DNA from: Camelus ferus
Taxonomy: Eukaryota
Assembly (NCBI RefSeq): GCF_009834535.1
Contig: NC_045702.1
Span: forward strand, 81,778,001 to 81,842,000
Reading direction: 5' to 3'
DNA length: 64,000 bases
The first letter of the stretch is position 1; the number at the start of each line of letters is the position of its first letter. The notes below the pieces were generated by a model. It searched no databases. It saw nothing but the letters and a program-made list of their open reading frames with translations, and was not told the DNA's origin. This document shows, piece by piece, positions 22,657 to 34,517 of the stretch. A program made the translations under genes and the position numbers.

Positions 22657-25600
22657 GGATACCTCAAAAGTTGACCTCCATGCCTTGCTTTGACCTTAAC
22701 CATATTTCCCACCTGTTTCCCAGAAGCCTTTCTGGATACCCCTCATATATTTCTTCCCCTCATATATATTTCATATACATTTTTTCATATATAGCTCATA
22801 TATTTCTTCCTCTTCTGAGCCCCAAAATCACAATTACACAATGATGCCTTCATTATGTCCTGCCTTATATTGTTTACTATACTTTTACGTTTCCTTGTCT
22901 CCCTCTCCCAATGAGGATGACCACTCTGGGAGGGTCTGGTCCCAGTTACACTGACAATGTGCCCACCACAAAGCTGGCGCAGTGGGCAGCATGCGGGCAG
23001 CTCTCAGGCCCTCTTCTAGTGAGTTGCTCTTAGTCAGCTCATACTTTTCCCAACAAACAAGAGGCTACTTGGGGCCAGCAAGACATGCTATTGGCAAGTA
23101 AACTCCACTGAGGTCCCCATCCCAAAGTGACCATCATCTCCTCTTGTATTAGGTCCTGATTGTGTACAGAATATTCCAGGGGACTAATTATTATTGGCAG
23201 AATCCAGAATCTCACCTAAAGAATCATTCAGAAACCATCAAAAAGCATTTCATAGGAAAATCCTCCCCAAATAGCAGAAACTGTTATTTGGATGAATGTT
23301 TTAATGAAATATTTCAAGGGGTATACAATGGCTGAACAAATTTAGGAAAGTTACTAAGGTATTACTCAATACCAGTTATATTTTGTTCAAAATATTGATG
23401 CGTTATTCTTCACTCATGGGTTAAGGCATGTTAGTTAGAAGACAATTTTAATAATTCAATAATTATTCAAGTAATTAATATATACCACCACCCCCCTGAA
23501 AAATTAGCCACATCTATTCTGGAGGGCACTTAATCTAGAGTTGAAGAAGACCCTGGAGACAGATGGTGAGTGTCTGCCTGCTCTGAAACCTGAGGGCAGC
23601 CACCCACGGCTGGCTCCATGTCCCCACCCCCAACCTCCCCAGCTGAAAGTTGGGGAGAGCGCAGCGCAGTTCCCCAAGCGGCTGCCAGCCAGTAAGTTAT
23701 CACCTGAAATGAAACCTGTCTGCCATCACTACACTAAGGACTATCAATTTGGATCCTTCACTTGCTTTTACTAAAACCAAGGTTCACGGAGGTGAACCGT
23801 CTTGGCCCAGTCTCCTCCGTCAGATCCACACCGGGGGAGGAGAATGGAGTCTCCGGCTTCAGTCAAGTGCACGCACATCCCAGTTCAGCAACAGTGAAGA
23901 TAAAATAAGCCTTAAGAGTTAATATGCAGAAGCCACACAACCCAAAAGCGCCACTCCCCGCCCCTTCCTCACTCCACCCTGCAAAACACAGACCCGTAAA
24001 ACAAAGAGGCGAGGAGCCTCTCTGAGACCTTCTGTCTGTTTCCCATTAGGCCTGCTGTATGTGATCTCTGCTTGGCCTTGGATGTTGGGGATGGCACTTA
24101 TTTTCACGGCTGTTTCACAGTATGATATAACGTTCTAAAGGGTCAAATGGTTCCAGGGAGGTCATCCCAAGGGTCAGGGCAGAGATGGGACTGCCACTCA
24201 GAATTCTGCTGGCCCTGGGAGGCTCTCACTGGTGGACCACACAGCCCTCTATGCTCCCCCAACTCGGCTGAATCTCCCGAGTGTCTTTATGGGAACAATT
24301 TCTGCAGGTGCAATTTTGTCAGTAACTTTAAAAGGAACGTGACCCTTGAGGCACGACTGTCAAAGGATGCCTTTGAAGTTTGTGGTTCACTGTCTGTATT
24401 TCACACGTAGTATTTCCAAATAATTAGAGTAACTAAATTAACTAGCAACTCCATGTAGGGGAAATAAGATCAAAATCTCCACTCATTCGTTTTAGGTTTT
24501 ATATGCACACAAAACTAATTTCTGCTTTGTATCTGAGACCCCGATCACATCTTAAACTCAATTTTCTCTTAGGTAAAGAAATACAATGCGACTTTAGCAA
24601 AGGGATCAAAATTAGATGGAAAACATTTAAAATGCAAATTTGGAATCATGGTATTAATATGAAAATAATGTCTTCACCACATCCTAACTTTTCCCTGGCG
24701 TTTCTACGGAAGCATCAATTCTTTACAGATTAGATGTGCTTTCTTTATATCTCAATCTCTACCATATTAAGAAGAAAGCCTTTCATTTTCACGCTGCGGA
24801 TGTATAGAATTTGTGTTCAAATGGCAACAAAGGTGATTATAACTATTCTTCTGAGAAAGGAAACTCCAGTGTGCTTTTTAAAGATCAAAATTTGCAGCAT
24901 AGGAGCGCATTTAAAATCCAAGTAGGTGGTTAATCATTGTACAAAAAGGTGAATTTTTGACACTATGCTTGAAAGATACAAATGGAGGAGGACAGTGATG
25001 TACACGTCACCCATTTGAAACTGGGGGCTAACATAAACACCGTTGACGTTCTCGGCCGCTCTGCTCTCCTGGCAGGAGACAAGAGCCCCCAACGGTGTAA
25101 CTGCCAAGGTCCTCCCTGCAGGGTTATTCCTCTGGGGATCAGGGTGGGGAATAAAATCGTTTAAAAAAAATCATGTGACCTTGTAAAGACCTTTGGAACA
25201 AATATTATAGGTGTTATTTCTTCAACAGAAAGGAAAGGTTGGATGGGTGAAATAGATGGTGAGGGAGTTGCAGTGATGGAGTGAACAGGTGGACATCAGC
25301 TACGGTGACTGGACCATTTTTATTCTTCCAGGTCCCAGCAGTGACGTTTCCAGGCATAAGCAGAACACCCAGCAGCAGGGACCCACACTGAGGTACGCGT
25401 TCTTCACGTATCCTCATTTTTCCTCTTTCTAAAAAGCCTCTGGAAAGATCGGCGGCACACACGATGTCATTCAGAAGCTGCAGGCTCTGCATATTGGCTA
25501 TTTCTCAATCAGCCAAGAGCCGAAGCTGGAACTGACTTCCAGGTCAGAATTAATAACGAGAGGGAAATGGGTGTCAGGACGGTTTGGAAGCCTCTTCGTC

Positions 25601-26521
25601 TCTGTGAGAAGCCAGGCCAGAAGACAGAGTTTGAGGCTGTTTTACATGGGAACAAAAGCTAAATGGAAGACAAAGTTAAGACCAGAAAACACACTTTGAG
25701 AAGCGACAGCCTACGACTTTCAGAAACAGATGTGAGATTCACGTCTCTCGCAATCTCTGATGCACGACGTCAAACTCATTTGGGATCGAAGGGAAAGCGT
25801 GGGGTTTTTCAATTTTTTTGAGACGTTAGAATATGCGCTTTCAGATGTCCGGGGCGGAGAAAATACTTGCGTCTTGACAAATCAGTACTAAGTTTTGTCT
25901 TAATCAAAAGCACTGTATGTTAATTTTTGTACTAAATGTCCCACTGACCCTCTTCTTCCTGTTTTAACTGACACTATGAAAGAGACAAAGGACAACCACC
26001 AAAAAGCCAACTAACAAAAATATACATCCATCTTCTTAGCTTCTGGGCACAGAAGTAGATTTATGACAAATTAAATACTAGCTTGAGAGTAACTAAGCCC
26101 AATTATAATTATCTTGCTGGGAAGAGAAATTAATTAAACATCCCAGTGAGAAAGACCCCACAGCAAACCTGGAATAAACACACAACGGGAGAAGGACAGG
26201 GGCTTGAAATAAAGGAGAGGGGGAGGCAGAAGCAGTATTTAGCCCATCTGTTCGGACAGTAATGGGACGGGGTAATCTCTGCAAGAGAACATGGAGTGCA
26301 TTAGGCTGAAAATGAGACTACCTGGCAGGCAGAGTCGACCAAGTCCCTAATTCCCCTCTTCAACTTCGTGATTTGCTAATGGGAAACACATGTCTTCCTT
26401 CTGCACCAAGTTCAAATGACTCTGAAATTCCAACTGTGCAGCTCGGCGACTGAACCAGAACAAGGGGAGAACTTGTCAGGATTTAAGAGCTTTCAGCAAA
26501 GCCCTTCAATTGGAGCCAGCA

Positions 26522-26653
26522 NNNNNNNNNNNNNNNNNNNNNNNNNNNNNNNNNNNNNNNNNNNNNNNNNNNNNNNNNNNNNNNNNNNNNNNNNNNNNNN
26601 NNNNNNNNNNNNNNNNNNNNNNNNNNNNNNNNNNNNNNNNNNNNNNNNNNNNN
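26522..26653. other. Assembly gap (132 N)
   Basis: Run of N. Confidence 0.99.
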
Positions 26654-27042
26654 TGGGTCCTGGCTATAAATAAGGCAGAGCATCAGAATGGTTTAACACC
26701 TTGCCTCTTGGTTGTCCGGAGCATGAAAATTCAACTAATTCACACAATGTCCTCTCTCATCCCGGAAAGTCAGAGGGATGCAAACAGTTCATGCTTTCCT
26801 CTGCCCCTTAAAAAGTGAGTTTTGCCACTGATCATTTTTCCATCTGCCCATCAAAGTAATTAGGTGGGCTTGAACTAGCTGTTTGTTCAATCAACCAAAA
26901 ATAAAGTGCCTGTTCTAGATGGGGCCATGGCTAGAGTTACCAGATGCACTTTAAGTGGGGAGGCACTTTTGTGTCTGTCATGTAAAGCAAAATCAATTTG
27001 ACTGTACAAATTTGGAATTTCTGCACTTCAGATAATGAGTAA

Positions 27043-27090
27043 AAAGGTGGAAGATACGATATAAACAAAGGTGGAAGATACGATATAAAC
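27043..27090. repeat. Perfect 24-bp tandem duplication
   Basis: aaaggtggaagatacgatataaac x2. Confidence 0.95.
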
Positions 27091-27425
27091 AAGTATCTTT
27101 ATGTTACTGTCAGTTACAACTTTTCATTCTCATAGCCAAGTTTACTTTACTCACATAATTTATCTCAGACTAAAATTAGTATTATAGAGATAATACATTG
27201 GATTTTCTTCCAGTCTGACATGAATTTCTTCTTGCTGATTTGGAATTAAAAAATTCCAATGCATATGTACTCATTTCATGTTTTTTAAAGATAAAACAGA
27301 CAACAGGATGGCCATTTAGTTGATAGGTTAAGCAGCTTTGCCTTAAAAATGACTCCGACTTCTCTGTAAAAACATCATCACTACCCAAAACCTTTCGCCA
27401 CCAAGATTCAGTACAAACACCTGCA

Positions 27426-27598
27426 TAAAAAGCAAGTTTCTACTGCACAGCACAGGGGACTATATTCAGTATCTTGTAATAACCTGTAATGAAAAAGAAT
27501 ATGAAAAGGACTATATGTATGTATATGAGTGACGGAAACATTACGTACACCAGAAATTGACACAACATTGTAATGGACTAGATTTCAATTAAAAAAAC
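27426..27598 (+). mobile_element. Short LINE-1 3' end
   Basis: cacagcacaggggactatattcagtatcttgtaataacctgtaatgaaaaag...tttcaattaaaaaaa. Perfect 13-bp TSD acaaacacctgca at 27413-27425 and 27599-27611. Confidence 0.87.
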
Positions 27599-29006
27599 AC
27601 AAACACCTGCAATATTCAGTCTTTTAAAAGCCTTCATGCATCGTATAAGGCGGTGAAAATGTTGAAGTGTTACTGCAACCCTAAAAAATGTCACCTCAAA
27701 ACTGGCCTCTAACCAGGAACTCAATTCCTTTTAAATGGAGACAGAATCAGCTCCTATTTCATTCCTCATTTTATAATGGCTCAACCAAAATCACAGTGCT
27801 CCTGGGAAACCGCAGTGACTTATCCACAGAAAAGGCATCATGAGACTGTGTCCTCCCTCGGAAGGAAGTTTTAAAAGGCGCAGTGCCAACCCCTGGTTCA
27901 TGACGACAGGTTTTGTACAAACAGTTCTTCTGGGGAATGCTGTTTACTCATTATATTGCTGAGAGTCCTCCTCCTCTCTTCCTTGGGATGACCTCCCCAC
28001 GTTAAAAGGACAAATTCCAAACTTTCTGTTTCTCTTTAGTGTTACAATGTCTGCGGTTTCCATTAAAACAGTCAGCAAGAATAAAAGGCTGTTAAGTCAG
28101 GCCTGGCTTACAAAATAACACTTGCATCAAATTAAAGAGAAAAGAATCAAATTAAGTTCATGGAAAAAATATACCTTCATGCAGAACATTTGACTTTCTA
28201 GTTTCTTGCAAGAAATCTATAATTCTTCCTATTGTCTTACAAGGAGACACGGTTAAAAAAGAAATAGAGGCGGGGAACCCTGATGTCACGTTAAACCCTC
28301 AAAACATCCTGAATATGACGGACTTCACAACCTGGCAAACCACGTGTCTGACATGGTAACGGTAACTGCAGGGCGGGGATATGTTACAGAGGATGGGCCA
28401 GGGAGCAGGAGGTGCTCTATAAAAGCCCGTGCAGCCTACGAAACACATGGGATGTGCGACGAATTGTATAACCTCAGCCTTTCAATGGAGGAAGGTTCTC
28501 AAGCAATATGGATCATCTAGAAATCAAAAGTTAATGTAAAAGCAAAGAGAATGGAGCGGGGGTGTGTATGGTGTGTGCGTATGACGGGAGCAAGAAATCA
28601 CAACGAAAGCTGCTCTGTCAGATTTCCTGTCGTATTTAAAGCTTATGAAACAGCGACGCATAGCAAAGTATCCTTAACGCCTTCAGGGCACGGGTGTGTG
28701 TGAGCCAACATCTTTTCATCCTTGATGATTTAAATGCCCTTCCATCTCAGCTGCTCCTGGTCCCATTAGCCAGGGAGACTCCACTGGCCCAAGAAAATAC
28801 CAAACAAAATGAAGCACGGGTGAAAGACAGGGCTAATCAGGTATGTGGTGGAGACAGGGGTGGGTGTGCTGCATTGTCTGAAATAACAGACACAGGAACA
28901 CGGGAAAGACTTCTGAATCTGGTGTGGGAAGGGGAGGTGAGGTTCTCAATCTGGCCACGCTGCACTTTGCAAAAGGATACATCATTAAACACATATTAAA
29001 ATACAT

Positions 29007-29089
29007 ACCATTTGAAAAGGTACATGCACCCCAATATTCATAGCAGCACTCTGTCTATCGACAGATGACTTGATAAAGAAGTTGTGGTG

Positions 29090-29137
<48 letters not shown>

Positions 29138-29613
29138 GGAGTACTACTCAGCCATAAAAAAGAATAAAATAACACCATTTGCAGCAATGTGAATGGACTT
29201 GGAAATCATCACACTAAGTGAAGTAAGCCAGAAAGAGTAAGAAAAATACCGTCTCTATCACTTACATGTGGAATCTAAAAAAATGAGAAAAATGAACTTA
29301 TTTATAAAACAGAAAGACTCACAGACACAGAAAACAAACTTCTGGTTACCGGGGAGGAAGGTGGGTGGAGTGGGGAGTAAAGGGGGAGTTTGGGATTTGC
29401 AGATACTAACTACTATACATAAAACAGATAAACAGCAAGGTCCTACCTACTGTATAGCACAGGGAACTATATTCAATATCTTGTAACAGCCTATAATGAA
29501 ATAGAATGTGAAAAGGAATATATATGTATTTATGTATAACTGAATCACTATGCTGTACACCAGAAATCAACACAATGTTGTAAACCGACTATACTTCAAT
29601 AAAAAAAAAAAAG
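29007..29613 (+). mobile_element. LINE-1 3' end (~0.6 kb) containing an (AC)21 microsatellite
   Basis: tacatgcaccccaatattcatagcagcac...gagtactactcagccataaaaaag...cgactatacttcaataaaaaaa. TSD aaaatacat at 28998-29006 and 29614-29622, at a tt/aaaa endonuclease site. Confidence 0.9.
29093..29134. repeat. (AC)21 microsatellite
   Basis: Directly visible; lies inside the L1 3' end. Confidence 0.97.
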
Positions 29614-29869
29614 AAAATACATGTCACTTTTTCTATGAAACTATTAGCCTTGCAAGGATTGGCTTCAAGTCAGGAAATTGTGTTAGTAAGTGGTTTATCC
29701 CAAGCACCAACCTTCTCACAGAGAGTACCAACTGCTGCATAAAATAATAGGAGATTCCTTAGACGGTGAGGTTCGGGAGAGGAAGGGAGAAATGAAAAAA
29801 AAAAGGACTTCCCACACGTCTCCAAGTTTTTTCTATTGTGACTGGGTCTTGGTTAAAATCAAACTTGGT

Positions 29870-30047
29870 NNNNNNNNNNNNNNNNNNNNNNNNNNNNNNN
29901 NNNNNNNNNNNNNNNNNNNNNNNNNNNNNNNNNNNNNNNNNNNNNNNNNNNNNNNNNNNNNNNNNNNNNNNNNNNNNNNNNNNNNNNNNNNNNNNNNNNN
30001 NNNNNNNNNNNNNNNNNNNNNNNNNNNNNNNNNNNNNNNNNNNNNNN
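29870..30047. other. Assembly gap (178 N)
   Basis: Run of N. Confidence 0.99.
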
Positions 30048-30196
30048 TTTTCTTTTTTCTCAGAAAGTCATAAAGCCCTCTCCAGTTTGCAAGGCGGCTC
30101 GCTAAGAAACTTGACTCGGCGCGGGGTCAGGGGAGCTGACCCCGCGGGAAAGGCCACAGAGCTGTGAAGCCCGGGTCCCCAGCCCCCTTCACTCAC

Positions 30197-30337
30197 GTGC
30201 ACCAGCTGCTCCTGGGTGTCGAACTCCCGCGAGCAACCTTCCCAGTGGCAGTTCGTCTCGTAGATGACTTCAGGCTCCTGCTTGCTTTCATCTTTGTCCC
30301 CTTCCTCCTTCACCAGAGTCGTCCCTTCTGGCTGTTC
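30197..30337 (-). CDS. GLI3: GLI3 internal coding exon (exon 10), 141 bp; N-terminal half of C2H2 zinc finger 1
   Basis: Reads [47 protein letters not shown] (ORF 30068..30496), which is typical of GLI3. Acceptor gcctttcag, donor gtgagt. Confidence 0.98.
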
Positions 30338-31892
30338 CTGAAAGGCAGGGGGTCGGGGGAAGGGAAGAGGACAGAGGGATGAGGTCAGACACAATGGAAG
30401 GACGGACGAGAAGCGACAGGGAAAATGTGATTTAGGCTTGTCTTCCTTCCCGATGCAGTTTTTCGGGGAAAATGAAATACAGCCCAAGTTGCTCAACTGG
30501 GTTTTGTGAATTAAAGTTCAGCATATGGAATCACTTGTGTGCATTGCTTTTTTTCTTTTTCAGATGTACCCAGTGCGCCTTCAGAGGTTGTTAACTTGTG
30601 ATTAAAGACAACAGTTCCCACCCAGAATGATGATAAGAAGTTGAGGCCAGACCCTGCTGCCCTGAATACAAAGGGGAAAAAAGCCTCAGATGCCATCCCT
30701 TAAGAAAAGCAATTCAACTAGGTCAGGTAGCCTTTACCCCAAAGACCAGTCTTTCTCTTCCAGTTAGATTCTTTTCAATAATCTGTTAATTCTCTTATTT
30801 TGGAATCCGGGGATCTGGTTTACTGCAAATTCTAACTCTGTTCTCCCAGCCATGGGCGGCTGTGAGAGGCACTTTGGGGATTTTTATGAAGATAATGTCC
30901 CTTTGGTTCAACTTCTGGTCTCCGAGGACACACTCCCTGCCTAAGACCACAGCATCTAGAGCTTGGCAGCATAATATTTTTGCACCTTTGCAGAAATGCA
31001 AATACAAAGAATTTTCAGAATTCTGACAGATCCTTAGGTGTATACATTTGGGATCTGATCTGGGGCTGGATGGCAAAAGCCGTATACACTTGTTTAGGTG
31101 CAGCCAGCAAAACGCAAGAGGAAGGATGGATTTCAGAACCCAAGGCATCCATTCAATCCATCCTCCGAGTGCCCCCGAAAACGACATGTGGGCTCAAGCA
31201 GTCTGAGGTTTGGACTGAAGCAGCCTGGCCGTTGCAAGGTCCAGATTTTGTGGAACTCCAGACTCTTGTCCAACCCGTCTCTGTGAATTAATATTCCACT
31301 GAGCTCCGTATCAGGCACAGGGAATCCAGAAGATCGTATTACAGGCATAATTTACACAGTTTTAAACTGAGGCTGAGGATCTAAGTGGTGAAGAGCAGAG
31401 ACTGGACTGGAATTTTTAAACTCATCCTTTCAAGACTCTGGGTAAAGAACCAGAATGCAAGTAGTCTTAGGTTAGGTTCCTTGTGCCCAGATCTCTCCTG
31501 GCCAGTGGGAAGTGGCCCAGTAAGAACGAATAAAAACATGACCAGTATGGTGAAAAGCAGCCCTGGTCTGTCCAGCTCAGGCTGACAGCCAGGAGCTCGT
31601 CACGCAGGGCCAAGATCAGGGCCAAGGACTGAAGCCTGGTCACATCCGTGGTCAGCGGCAAATGCATGCAGCCACGGACTCCATGAACTACGGTTTATAA
31701 CCCCTGCACGGCTGCCTGCATTTTCATGTGTTTGCTTCTGAGCTGGAGAAACAAAACGGAATCAGACTCCAGCCCCTGCCCTCCGTCCGACGCCTGAGTA
31801 TGGCCAAGTCCCGAGAAAAGAGACAAGCAAATGCTGCGAAAGACACCGCGGCTGGAGGGAGGGGAGGCTGCCGCTGAGGCCCGGAGCCTTAC

Positions 31893-32006
31893 CTGCTGGC
31901 CCCGCGGCCCCGGGCTGGGGAGGTCTTCGTCCGGTTTGATCTTGGAGCGCTTGCTGTGCACCAGGTCGCCGGTGCTGCTCACCGCAGACTCACTCGTGGG
32001 CTTGTT
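31893..32006 (-). CDS. GLI3: GLI3 internal coding exon (exon 9), 114 bp
   Basis: Reads [38 protein letters not shown]. Acceptor gacccgcag, donor gtaagg. Phase 0-0. Confidence 0.97.
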
Positions 32007-32631
32007 CTGCGGGTCACATCGGCCGGGACAGAGACAAAAGTTAGGTTTTGATCCATGAGCAGGACCATGGCTAAGACACGTAACTTGGGACCAACAGGCT
32101 GATTTGGCCCCAGAGCGATGACTGATAAGGCTACTATTCCAAGGGAGCAGTGTTCAGAAAATGGGTTCAAAGCCGGAAGAGACCCGCACGAGGCAGATCC
32201 TTGGTTTTGACTCATGAGTACCAGCTCCCTGTGGCTTTTCAAAGCTAGAGGAGTAGAGCTGGGACCTGGCTTTGACAAGCCCCAGTGGACCAGCAGACAG
32301 GGACCGAGTGACAGCAACACATTTTGCACCACATGCTTCTACCAAATGGGGTCTAGACAGCGCAGGGTCAGGGGAAGCCTGGTCTGGCAGCCCGCTTTGC
32401 CACCAAGGGTAAAATGACTCTCGTAGAAGAAGCTCTTGCTTCACGAGGAGCCCAGACACAGGAGGGCACAGTCATCAGAAATGAAGACGACAGCCCTGGG
32501 CGGGGAAGGCAGGCTGCGGTACAGATGCTGCGAAAATGCCGCAGTCCGTGCCTACTTGTGGCTGGTGTGGCAACATGGCTGTCCTCCCCGATTACTAACA
32601 CGGACCAGGCCCTCATCGGGCTGGCTCTCAC

Positions 32632-32845
32632 CTGTGAGGACTCGGAAGGGCCGGAGCTGACCTGGACTGGGTTCAGAACCGTAGGGATCCCGGGAATAGG
32701 CCTCTGGGTCGGAAAAGTTGGGGCAGGGTGGATGAGTGGAGGGCTGTGTCCAAAGGCCGAGCCCAGGCTCTGCTGTCGGCTTAAGATCTGTTGATGCATG
32801 TGGAGCGAGACGGGCGCAGAAGGGTAGGTGAAGCTCAGGGCGGGG
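32632..32845 (-). CDS. GLI3: GLI3 internal coding exon (exon 8), 214 bp
   Basis: Reads c|[71 protein letters not shown] (ORF 32368..32877). Acceptor ctcacccgcag, donor gtgaga. Confidence 0.98.
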
Positions 32846-34339
32846 CTGCGGGTGAGAAATGAAGGGCAGACCGTCATTTACGGGGCACACGGAGGCTAGC
32901 CCTTCGGTACCCAGTGCTACTTCCCCGAATCGCATCAGGACTGTGCTCAACAATCACTGACCAGCATCTCGAAACTCCCCAGGGAAAGATGACTTCTCAG
33001 ACCGGACACGCGTGGGCGTCCACAGGGACCCGAAATAAGATTCAGTGGAACGGAAACAAAAGGCATCGGCTCAATAAGAGCTATTTATTGCAATAACAAA
33101 CTTTATATAAAAAAAGGACGGGTGACTCCATGCTTTATAGGACTTTCATCCGCTCTCCCTCCCGGACATCCCTGTGCACGGAGCGGTTCCTTTCATCTCG
33201 GCTTAGGCCGCCCGCTTTCATATGTCTCCAGATCTTATTACAAGAGGAAAGAAAATCAATTGGTTAAATGTGTTTTGAACACCGTGCTTGTCATATCACT
33301 CATTTGTTTGTAGAGATGGAAAGCTTGGTTCATCGAGAATGCCACCTAAAGAATTTCCATCAGTGCCGTCTGGTTACAGGAGCTGATGGATTAACCTCTC
33401 CCAGCTGAAATCGGTGATCAATGGGTTTCGATGGAGGAATATTCCAATGGGAGAGCGCAACTCCCTCTTCCAGCTAAACAGCATTAAATGTCTATTAACA
33501 CCCATTATACATGCTAATGCCTGTCACCACTTCATTACGCCACGGTATTCCCTGTAGTAAGTTCGGAGGAAGCCACCCCACTACCTAAAGACTTCTGGAC
33601 TGGCAGGCAGTGCCAGAGCGTCCTCTGCTCCAGCAGTTTAAGAATCAAATTCTCTTAAAAGAATGAAGGGCTCTTGAGGAATTTGCCAATGGCTTAAAAA
33701 TGCATGAAAAACTATAATTGCATTCATGAAAATTTCTTCCTTAAAAAAAGAATCAATGGGGAAAAAAAATACACAGACATATATATTTCCTCTGTCCTAC
33801 TGTGTTAAGACTCAGAAAGAATCAGGGTTTTTCTGTAATGCCAAAGGTAGAATTCACGCAGATTTTCCAATCTGCTGGGTTAATTACTGTTGCTGTTAAG
33901 CATATTAACTGAAAATATAATAATTACAATAACAAAAATTCAAACCGTTTCAACAACTTTAAGTAATAATTCTGAAGATATACTCTCTTCATTAACACGA
34001 CTCCACATTTTGTCCGTTTGACTACAATCCACAAAAAGAGGTTTCAATGGGATTACATTACTATTATTCCTGCAGAGAACCCTGTATTACAATCGCTTGC
34101 CCATTTAAGACTGAATATCACCAAGAATACCTGGGGAGAATTTCCCCCAGCTTGGAGGAAATCTCCTTTCACTCTGCATTGTGTTTCTTTAATAAAGGAG
34201 AGCAGAAACCTGCTGAAAACAGTCATTGTTCCCAGGAAGTTAGGGAGAAATCAGTAATAATACTCTGTTTCTGCTGCGCTATAGTTTTTGCCAGTGCTTC
34301 CGAAAGCAACCATGAATGATTACAGCCTGACTTAGCGGA

Positions 34340-34517
34340 NNNNNNNNNNNNNNNNNNNNNNNNNNNNNNNNNNNNNNNNNNNNNNNNNNNNNNNNNNNNN
34401 NNNNNNNNNNNNNNNNNNNNNNNNNNNNNNNNNNNNNNNNNNNNNNNNNNNNNNNNNNNNNNNNNNNNNNNNNNNNNNNNNNNNNNNNNNNNNNNNNNNN
34501 NNNNNNNNNNNNNNNNN
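34340..34517. other. Assembly gap (178 N)
   Basis: Run of N. Confidence 0.99.

Larger units (their letters stand above)
1..30196 (-). other. GLI3: Part of GLI3 intron 10 (>30 kb); the next exon lies beyond the window start
   Basis: Begins with the gt donor at 30196. I did not find the expected next exon (HINNDHIHGEKKEFVCRW...) between 1 and 30196. Human intron 10 is known to be very long. Confidence 0.85.

Noticed and set aside
22350-22712. Acidic, poly-Ser and Met/Val ORFs as a real protein gene
   Set aside because: All frames are open only because of the trinucleotide repeat. Kept as a repeat finding, not a CDS.
33143-33221. Three CTTTCAT heptamers upstream of exon 8
   Set aside because: Irregular spacing and no motif I can assign; could be chance.
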